Positions 1 through 7,021 of a stretch of DNA of 64,000 nt are shown here, piece by piece (position 1 is the stretch's first letter; each line of letters starts with the position of its first letter). The stretch is from assembly GCA_030526295.1 (NCBI GenBank), contig JAUNDA010000003.1, forward strand, positions 167 to 64,166. The letters run 5' to 3'. Under the pieces are notes generated by a model that saw only the letters and a program-made list of their open reading frames with translations, was not told where the DNA came from and did not search any database. The DNA comes from Eubacteriales bacterium (GTDB taxonomy: Bacteria; Bacillota; Clostridia; Lachnospirales; Lachnospiraceae). A program made the position numbers and the translations under genes.

Positions 1-26
1 CATTTATATTACCTCCATTCAGGATA

Positions 27-886
27 TTAAAGTTTAAGGTCTGTTCCACTTGCCTTAGCATCAAGGATCTTCTTGATGATTTCAGCGATGTGAGCACCAG
101 CCTCAGCCGGGATTGTACCGTCTTTGTGGATATTAGATACTACAGTTCTTCTTGCCTCAGGCATACCAACTGTTGCCTTGTAAGCAATGTATGCAGACAT
201 TGACTCTGCTGTGATAAGACCTGGTCTCTCACCGATAAGTACGCAAGTTACGTCTGCGCCTGTGATCTCTGATACCTGGTCCATAGCACCAACTCTGCCG
301 TACTTTACGAAGAACGGTGTTCCACAATCGATACCGTAGCTCTTAAGTCCCTGCATAATAGCCGGAAGAACATCGGCTGTGTTTGCTGCAACTGCTGCTG
401 AGCTAAGTCCGTCAGATACGAAAATCTGAACTGTTGGAGCCTTCTTTGTGTGCTCCTTGATTGTCTCAACTGCCTCGTCGCTGAGGATACGTCCAAGATC
501 AGGTCTTGTAAGGTATGTATCCTTGCAATCACACTTTGTCTGAACTGAGTAAAGTCCAAGCTTCTCGATAACTTCTGGATCTACGTCTGTAAATACAGCG
601 TCCTGTGCAGCTGAGTGAGCTGAACGGAACTCAAGTACCGGAAGTGTCTTATATCTAGCGCCTGCCTTGCCGATACCAAGACGGCATGGAGCGTACTGCT
701 TTAACTCATAATAAGCATCTCTAGCTACTGTGTCTTGATATCGATAACAGCTACGTCCTCTACGAAGCCATCCTCAACTTCTGCTGCCTTAGCAGGTGCT
801 GTGCATGTTGCAGGGGCTGTGTCTGTTACGTTCATCTCAGTAAGAACCTGAGCGATAATGTCTCTTAAATCTTTCTCGTTGATCAA
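27..886 (-). pseudogene. eutC: Ethanolamine ammonia-lyase small subunit EutC, reading frame interrupted
   Basis: The frame of listed ORF 27..356 stays open up to nt 773 and encodes EutC-like sequence ([28 protein letters not shown]). It has no ATG/GTG/TTG upstream of the Met at 356. A 53-codon N-terminal piece lies in a different frame and ends at TAG 725-727. That piece starts at TTG 886 after a GGAGGTGG RBS and reads MINEKDLRDIIAQVLTEM, an encapsulation-peptide-like helix. Confidence 0.75.
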
Positions 887-901
887 AACTTCCACCTCCT
901 C

Positions 902-2269
902 TTATTTAAGGAATACAGATGCATCGCCTGCAAGATCTGTAAGCTTTCCATCCTTTGAGAAGCCCATCTTCTCGAGCCACTGGTCGAATTCCTTAATCGG
1001 ACGAAGACCAAATACTTCACGAAGAGAAGCTGCCTCATGGTAACCTGTACACTGGTACATAAGCATGCAGTCATCACCCTGCGGAACACCCATGATATAG
1101 TTACATCCTGCAGCAACAAGAAGTGTTGCAAGGTTCTCAATATCATTCTGGTCAGCCTTCATGTGGTTTGTATAACATGCGTCACAACCCATCGGGATAC
1201 CTGTGAGCTTGCCCATGAAGTGATCCTCAAGACCTGCTCTTGTAACCTGCTTAGAATCATAGAGGTACTCAGGACCGATGAATCCTACTACAGTGTTAAC
1301 AAGGAACGGATGATATCTTCTAGCAAGGCCGTAGCAACGAGCCTCCATTGTTACCTGATCCCAGCCATTGTGAGCCTCTGATGAAAGCTCAGAACCCTGG
1401 CCTGTCTCGAAGTAGAGGTAGTTAGGACCTGCACTTGTTCCCATCTCGTTCATCATCTGATAGCCGTCATCAAGCATCTGAACTGTAAGACCGAATGCTT
1501 CGTTACCCTTCTCAGAACCAGCGATAGACTGGAAAAGAAGATCGATAGGAGCACCATGCTTCATGCATGCTTCCATCTGTGTTGTTACGTGAGCAAGTAC
1601 ACAAATCTGTGTAGGAACTTCCCATTTTCTCTTGAACTCGTCAAAGCTCTTTAAGATTCTTGCTACGCTCTCAACTGAGTCATCAACCGGGTTAAGACCG
1701 ATTACGGCGTCACCACAGCCGAGTGAAAGACCTTCCATAACTGATGCCATGATACCCTTAGGATCATCAGTTGTATGGTTAGGCTGAAGTCTTGCAGAGA
1801 ATGTTCCCTCAAGACCGATTGTTGTATTACAGTGTGCGTGTACTCGGATTTTCTTTGCAGCGTAAATAAGGTCAAGGTTAGTCATCAGCTTGCAGACAGC
1901 TGCTACCATTTCAGATGTAAGACCTGCTGCAACAGTTCTAATCATCTCACCTGTTGTGTTGATGTCAAGGATCCACTCCCTGAGCTCTGCTACTGTCCAG
2001 TTCTGGATGCTGCGGTAGATGATAGGATCAATACCGTCGATGATAACTCTTGTTACCTCGTCGCATTCATAAGGAACTGCCGGATTCTCGAAGAGATCCT
2101 TAAGTGTGATGTGCTGAAGAACTGCTTTTGCGGCTATTCTTTCCTCTGCAGATTCAGCAGCTACGCCTGCCAGGTTGTCACCTGACTTCTCTTCGTTGGC
2201 TTTTCCCATTACTTCACGAAGAGATTTGAATTCGTAAACTTTTCCGCGTAAATGAGTCTTTAAAATCAA
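902..2269 (-). CDS. eutB: Ethanolamine ammonia-lyase large subunit EutB
   Basis: 455-aa ORF with typical EutB length and sequence (MILKTHLRGKVYEFKSLREVMGKANEEKSGD..., GIPMGCDACYTNH). It sits between eutA and eutC. Confidence 0.96.
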   Translation of the reverse strand: MILKTHLRGKVYEFKSLREVMGKANEEKSGDNLAGVAAESAEERIAAKAVLQHITLKDLFENPAVPYECDEVTRVIIDGIDPIIYRSIQNWTVAELREWILDINTTGEMIRTVAAGLTSEMVAAVCKLMTNLDLIYAAKKIRVHAHCNTTIGLEGTFSARLQPNHTTDDPKGIMASVMEGLSLGCGDAVIGLNPVDDSVESVARILKSFDEFKRKWEVPTQICVLAHVTTQMEACMKHGAPIDLLFQSIAGSEKGNEAFGLTVQMLDDGYQMMNEMGTSAGPNYLYFETGQGSELSSEAHNGWDQVTMEARCYGLARRYHPFLVNTVVGFIGPEYLYDSKQVTRAGLEDHFMGKLTGIPMGCDACYTNHMKADQNDIENLATLLVAAGCNYIMGVPQGDDCMLMYQCTGYHEAASLREVFGLRPIKEFDQWLEKMGFSKDGKLTDLAGDASVFLK

Positions 2270-2288
2270 TTTTCTTGCCCTCCTTTTG

Positions 2289-3722
2289 CTAAGAATTGAA
2301 AATTAAAGTTTTAGTAACTACCGGTACTACTCGTCCAAGGGCAACCGGCTCGCCTATGTCAATGTAATCACCGTCACGTGCGAAGATTCCGTCGATACAG
2401 ATGAAATCCTTCTTTCGCTCGAGCAATACATTTAAGGCATTGCCTAGAACTTTCGCAATATCATTTTCCACAACTACGATTAACGGATACGGTCCCGAGA
2501 TAACCGTTTCTGCACCATCCGCAATCATGTTTGCGAGCTCCTGAACTCTTAGGAAGCTTTGATGATATTTTCCTGATAGTACTATTGCTACCTGCTCCTG
2601 GTGACCCTCGTTCATAAAGAGCTTTAATTTCTTTTTAAGAGTCTCCCGGAACACTTCCGGATTCTGCTCGTCCTCTTCGGAGAGTTTCAGAACCGGGATG
2701 TTTTTTATCGGCAACCTGCCGTCCGTATACTGGATGGTACTGCCGCTAACATTGGTTGTATGGGTTCCCGCACCTACTACCGTTGCACGGATTGTTTCCA
2801 CTGCCGGGTATGTAAGCACATTCTTGAGAACCGGGTTGTTTTTGATTGCCCTTGCGAGCAATACACCTACGTCATGATAAGCAAATACATCGCTTGGTTC
2901 GCCTTCGTAATAAACACTTGCCACTCCGCCGGAATATGTGACTGCATCGATTACGGGATCTTCGCTAAGCTTCTTGCCGTTGTTTGTGTACATTGATGAG
3001 TGCATATCGTCAACCGGCATCTTGTTGATTGCCATTGCGAGCTGCTCTGCCATAAGTTCACAAACCTTGTAAAGAACCTTCTCGTCCGCCCTGTCACCGA
3101 CATTAATGCTAATGCCGTGTGCCTTTGCGAGTGCCTGTGTTCCCGGGAAGATGTAATAAATCTTTCCGGCCTCATCAATCTTGATGAGACGACCTCCTAC
3201 ATCGAGACAGCTTGTACCTCTTAAATTGCCGTTTTGGAAAACAGCAATGTTACTTGTACCGCCGCCAATGTCAAGGTTGGCAACCGCCTGACGTTTTTCC
3301 TTTGAAAGAGTATCGGCTCCCGCTCCTCTTGCCGAAAGCACCGACTCAAGGTCAGGGCCTGCGGTTGCGACTACGAAATCTCCCGCCATGCTGGAGAGTG
3401 TCTCAAGCACTGTGTTGGCGTTTGTCTTTCTTGCGGTTTCGCCTGTGATGATGACTGCACCGGTTGAAAGATCCTCCGGCTTCATGCCCGCATCACTGTA
3501 CTCCTTCTCGATGATCTTTTTTACACTCTCCGCATCGATCGTCTGCTGGTCGATGAGCGGTGTAAAATAGATTTTGCTTCTGTAGGTAACCTTCTTATCA
3601 ACAATGTTGATTCTCGGTACCACGTAGCTTGTTGCTTCGTTTTCTATTGTAAGCTCACTGAAGATAAGCTGTGTGGTTGATGTTCCAATGTCGATTCCGA
3701 CACTTTTGATTATCTCATGCAT
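2289..3722 (-). CDS. eutA: Ethanolamine ammonia-lyase reactivase EutA
   Basis: ORF 2289..3764, with the start moved to ATG 3722, which has a GGAGGTGG RBS upstream. The N-terminus MHEIIKSVGIDIGTSTTQ is actin/HSP70-like, as in EutA. The ~477-aa length fits. Confidence 0.9.
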   Translation of the reverse strand: MHEIIKSVGIDIGTSTTQLIFSELTIENEATSYVVPRINIVDKKVTYRSKIYFTPLIDQQTIDAESVKKIIEKEYSDAGMKPEDLSTGAVIITGETARKTNANTVLETLSSMAGDFVVATAGPDLESVLSARGAGADTLSKEKRQAVANLDIGGGTSNIAVFQNGNLRGTSCLDVGGRLIKIDEAGKIYYIFPGTQALAKAHGISINVGDRADEKVLYKVCELMAEQLAMAINKMPVDDMHSSMYTNNGKKLSEDPVIDAVTYSGGVASVYYEGEPSDVFAYHDVGVLLARAIKNNPVLKNVLTYPAVETIRATVVGAGTHTTNVSGSTIQYTDGRLPIKNIPVLKLSEEDEQNPEVFRETLKKKLKLFMNEGHQEQVAIVLSGKYHQSFLRVQELANMIADGAETVISGPYPLIVVVENDIAKVLGNALNVLLERKKDFICIDGIFARDGDYIDIGEPVALGRVVPVVTKTLIFNS

Positions 3723-4164
3723 GGGATTTTTCCACCTCCTCGAAATACTGAAGAAACTCGTCAAACCCTTGTCCCGTATAGCTGCTTGTCACAAATATTG
3801 TCTGTGCGCCTGCTAGCTTCAGGTACTTCTTTGCATCTTCTATTTCCTCTTCACTTCCGAGATCGCACTTCGTTACTACCCCGATACAGGGTTTTCCGAG
3901 GGTATGTGCATATCCCGGTGGAAACATGGTGCCTTTTTCTGTTGCCTGCTGAACAAGCACCACATGGTCGGCATCCGCGGCTGTTACTGAAAGGGCTCCC
4001 CAGAAACGGTGCTCCATATACTCGCCCGGTGTATCCACCATGTTGTTATTTAAAACCTGAATCGTCTGGGTCTTCTTGTAATTAAGCTCCTCGTTCATCA
4101 GGTACTGGCACAGTGTTGTTTTTCCCGCCATGGATCTTCCAATTAAAATGATCCTGGTTTTCAT
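3715..4164 (-). CDS. eutP: EutP/PduV-family small GTPase
   Basis: 149 aa with a P-loop (GRSMAGKTTL), DTPGE and TKCD motifs. The stop overlaps the eutA start by 8 nt. Confidence 0.85.
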   Translation of the reverse strand: MKTRIILIGRSMAGKTTLCQYLMNEELNYKKTQTIQVLNNNMVDTPGEYMEHRFWGALSVTAADADHVVLVQQATEKGTMFPPGYAHTLGKPCIGVVTKCDLGSEEEIEDAKKYLKLAGAQTIFVTSSYTGQGFDEFLQYFEEVEKSHA

Positions 4165-4187
4165 TTAACTGTCCTCTTTATCCGTAA

Positions 4188-4544
4188 TTAGGATCTTGTT
4201 ATCTCAGGCTTTGCAAATCCCATGTAGTCGCAAAGCTTTGCGATTACTCCGTTCATTGCCGCCTCTACTGAAGCTACCTCACCTGTGATAATGAGTGTTC
4301 CGTTGAATCTGTCTACGAAACCAATCTTAATGCCGCCGGCCTTACTAGCCACATCGGCTGCAATGATGGCACCCTCACTCGGTGTGATTGTAAAGATACC
4401 GATTGCTCCGTTTCCATCGATGAGACCCATCTTTGAGTAAAGGTCATCTACCGGATTCGGGATGATATGTGCGAGTGTAATCTGTTTTCCAGGAACAAAC
4501 TCCTGAATGATTCTCTCTTTTGATGCATCAAATTTTTCTATCAT
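4188..4544 (-). CDS. eutS: Microcompartment shell protein EutS/PduU type (circularly permuted BMC domain)
   Basis: 118 aa: RIIQEFVPGKQITLAHIIPNP ... AIGIFTITPSEGAIIAADVASKA ... ITGEVASVEAA, ending ITRS. This is the typical EutS pattern. Confidence 0.85.
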   Translation of the reverse strand: MIEKFDASKERIIQEFVPGKQITLAHIIPNPVDDLYSKMGLIDGNGAIGIFTITPSEGAIIAADVASKAGGIKIGFVDRFNGTLIITGEVASVEAAMNGVIAKLCDYMGFAKPEITRS

Positions 4545-4701
4545 AGGTGATAACTTCCTTTTGATATTTATGAATCACATACAGTTTATTTTCCTGCCGC
4601 CAGTTTGCTACGTGGCTTTTATTTTTAGCCTTCTTGCGGTTTACTTGCCTTTCGCCAGTAACCTTTGTGTTCGCAACCGGTTGCTTGCACCTGCATGATG
4701 T

Positions 4702-5865
4702 TTACATGTTATTTCCCTTGTATGCTGTAAGGAACAGCTCCCTCATTTCCTCTCTTGTAGGAATCTTCGGGTTTGTTGCTGTGCATGAATCAGCAAGTGC
4801 TGCCTCAACAAGTCCGTCAAGTGCATCCATGAAGTCCTTTTCCTTAACGCCCTGGTCCTTGATAGTCTTCGGGATACCAACTCTCTTAACGAGCTGCTTT
4901 GTTGCACGGATTGTTCCGAATGCGTTCTCTCTGTGTGTTCCGCTGTCAAGCCATAAAACCTTTGACATTCTTGCGTAACGGTCTGAAGCCGGTGTAAGTG
5001 ATGTCTTACATCCGCAGTTAAACTGCATTACATATGGAAGAAGAATTCCGTTTGCTCTTCCGTGCGGGATGTGGAAGTGGCCGCCGAGTGCGTGTGCCAT
5101 ACTGTGGTTGATTCCAAGTCCTGCATTTGAGAATGCCATTCCTGCAAGACATGATGCGTTGTGCATCTTCTGTCTGTGTCTTAAATCCTCAGGTGTAAGC
5201 TCCTCGGGCTTCTTTGATGCTGCCTTTACTGCCTGCTCAAGATGCTCGAATACGATCTTCATTGACTTCTCTGCAGCTGCATCCGTAAAGTCATTTGCCT
5301 TTACTGATACATATGCCTCGATGGCATGTGTCAGAACGTCGATACCTGTATCTGCTGTAATTGATGCAGGAACTGTCTTTGTAAGCTCAGCATCGAGAAC
5401 TGCAGCCTCAGGAAGAAGGTCATCAGAGATGAGCGGATACTTTGCCTTTGCATCAGGATCGCTTATTACTGCGAATGATGTAACCTCGCTGCCTGTACCA
5501 CTTGTTGTAGGTATTGCTACGAAGAATGCCTTCTCCATCATGCCCTCTTTCGCTGCAAGGTAGTTCATTGCCTTAGCGCAGTCGATTGCAGAACCTCCGC
5601 CGAGTGCAAAGAGCACATCAGGCTTAAAGTTTGTCATCTGTGTAATTCCGTTTGTGATGGTAGCGATATCCGGGTCCGGCTTTACCTCCGCAAAGATGCT
5701 GACCTCAACTCCCATTCTTAAACAGATATCGGTAACGTAATTAACCTTACCGCTTTCATACATAAACTTATCGGTAATGATAAGTGCTTTGCTTCTTCCC
5801 TTGAGAATCTCATTGAGGCCCTCGCGCTCCATATAGATTCTCGGCTTCACATAGTAGCTATCCAT
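4702..5865 (-). CDS. eutG: Iron-containing alcohol dehydrogenase (EutG-like)
   Basis: 387 aa in the Fe-ADH family (GGGSAIDCAKA; metal-site HSMAHALGGHFHIPHG). It is adjacent to eutS, as in Firmicute eut loci. Confidence 0.85.
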   Translation of the reverse strand: MDSYYVKPRIYMEREGLNEILKGRSKALIITDKFMYESGKVNYVTDICLRMGVEVSIFAEVKPDPDIATITNGITQMTNFKPDVLFALGGGSAIDCAKAMNYLAAKEGMMEKAFFVAIPTTSGTGSEVTSFAVISDPDAKAKYPLISDDLLPEAAVLDAELTKTVPASITADTGIDVLTHAIEAYVSVKANDFTDAAAEKSMKIVFEHLEQAVKAASKKPEELTPEDLRHRQKMHNASCLAGMAFSNAGLGINHSMAHALGGHFHIPHGRANGILLPYVMQFNCGCKTSLTPASDRYARMSKVLWLDSGTHRENAFGTIRATKQLVKRVGIPKTIKDQGVKEKDFMDALDGLVEAALADSCTATNPKIPTREEMRELFLTAYKGNNM

Positions 5866-5890
5866 CTTTACCTCCTTTTGTTATGGCGAA

Positions 5891-6181
5891 TTACCATTTC
5901 TCTGACTCAATTCGTTTTACAGCCTCATCAACTGCAGCTGCATCTCCGAGTATGGCCAGACATGTCATATGCTGCGGACAGTTTCCGCTTATTTCAAATA
6001 CCTCTACAGTGGATGCCTTCTGAGCAAGGTCGCTGGCATATATCAGGTCACTTACGTTTCCGTTTATTAATGCCAGGGCTGAGTGCTCACTGAACAGAAC
6101 ATCCAGGCCCTCCATTCTGGCCCTTCTCTTGATGATCTGCTTGGTACCCTCCGATACGGTTTTCATTACATGGATCGTCAT
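5891..6181 (-). CDS. Divergent BMC-domain-like protein, probably permuted (EutS/PduU-like)
   Basis: ORF 5891..6253, with the start moved to ATG 6181 (AGGAGA RBS 8 nt upstream). SALALINGNVSDLIYASDLAQKASTVEVFEISG...CLAILGDAAAVDEAVKRI aligns by eye with the BMC core (ALG.VE...AADAM.KAA.V......G....V.V.GDV.AV..A). It has an N-terminal extension and lacks the C-terminal strand. Confidence 0.5.
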   Translation of the reverse strand: MTIHVMKTVSEGTKQIIKRRARMEGLDVLFSEHSALALINGNVSDLIYASDLAQKASTVEVFEISGNCPQHMTCLAILGDAAAVDEAVKRIESEKW

Positions 6182-6251
6182 CGATGTTATCTCCTGATTT
6201 ATCCCGCAGATACGTGAGCACGCACCTGCGAAAACGAATATTATAAACACC

Positions 6252-6277
6252 AAAAACTACAAACCGACAGTTGTAGT
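6252..6277 (-). terminator. Terminator-like hairpin plus U-tract in the leader of the first eut gene
   Basis: The minus strand reads ACUACAA-CUGUCGGU-UUGUAGU followed by UUUUUGG. This is a 7-bp stem with an 8-nt loop. Confidence 0.35.
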
Positions 6278-6284
6278 TAGTACA

Positions 6285-6313
6285 ATAATACAATGTCCCA
6301 AGGCTTATTTCAA
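6285..6313 (-). promoter_or_regulatory. Candidate sigma-A promoter facing the eut genes
   Basis: Minus strand: TTGAAA (6313-6308), 17-nt spacer, TATTAT (6290-6285). Confidence 0.3.
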
Positions 6314-6574
6314 GCATTTTTTGTCATAGTTTTGTAATAGTTGACTTAATTTATTAATAAACTGTTCATGCTTATTGTGTTTTTTAACATATTGATTGAC
6401 ATAATTTTAACACTTTGTTTACATAACATAAATGCTATAGTTGCTAAAAACGCATGCCTATAAGCATAATCGAGCATTCATGCTTAAGCATAAACAAAAA
6501 TGCTAATTTTGAGCCATCTGAATCACCCCCCCATTCTGTCTCATGTACAAAATTCAATACTTTATTTATATACC

Positions 6575-7002
6575 CGTTATTCCAGTGTAATAAATCAGTA
6601 TTTTCATCATTTTTCTCTTCTGAGATGCCTGTTCTTTCAGCAATAGTCATCCCATTCCACCACTGTCTCATTCTGAGATGTCCTTCTTTTGCACTCAACT
6701 CATCCCACTTCTACGATTCAAGCAAATGAGATGTATGATTTTTATTAAGAGCAATTCATCCTGTATCAACGCATATGGCAACTGAGATGCCCATTTTATC
6801 TAAAATGGATCAGCGTAATATAAAGAACCCCTGACATGAGATTAAATTCACAATAAAAAATTTAATCCCAAATCAGGGGTTCTCATATTCTAGATGTTTT
6901 AGTTTACATAAGTTTTTATCTCAGCTTTGTCATTAGTTCAATTGAGATGTTTCTCATTCAAAAACCATCAATCTGAAATTGTCATTATTCTCATATGAGA
7001 TG
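6575..7002. repeat. Degenerate tandem array, about 8 units with 53-bp periodicity and a TGAGATG core
   Basis: The core heptamer ends at 6627, 6680, 6733, 6789, 6843, 6896, 6949 and 7002. Secondary shared blocks are TCATCC(C/T) at 6647/6700/6756 and TTGTCATTA at 6927/6979. Confidence 0.6.
6825..6882 (-). terminator. Long nested hairpin, possible terminator of the hybrid kinase transcript
   Basis: GAACCCCTGA (6825-6834) pairs with TCAGGGGTTC (6873-6882). An inner pair is GATTAAATT/AATTTAATC. On the minus strand it is followed by UUUAUAUUAC. Confidence 0.4.
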
Positions 7003-7021
7003 AAAATGCAAGCTTTAACTA

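Noticed and set aside
725-735. Programmed -1 ribosomal frameshift as the explanation for the eutC split.
   Set aside because: There is no X-XXY-YYZ slippery heptamer and no downstream stimulatory structure at the junction. Sequence appears to be missing relative to other EutC proteins.
4545-4701. Possible ANTAR (EutV-type) dual-hairpin terminator in the 157-nt eutG-eutS gap.
   Set aside because: I found no pair of short stems with AnnGnn hexaloops. The only hairpin (GGCU-N10-AGCC) is 4 bp long and lacks a U-tract. No eutV/W is present in the window.
6454-6729. Plus-strand 91-aa ORF in the spacer.
   Set aside because: It runs through the degenerate repeats and has no RBS. Its composition is low-complexity (Ser/Phe/Leu-rich), and it points away from any operon context.
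6254-7021. AdoCbl riboswitch or CRISPR array in the spacer upstream of eut.
   Set aside because: There is no B12-box-like GCCACUG core on either strand. The repeat units share only a 7-nt core and about 50 percent identity, the period is 53 bp, and no cas genes are present. This is not a CRISPR structure.
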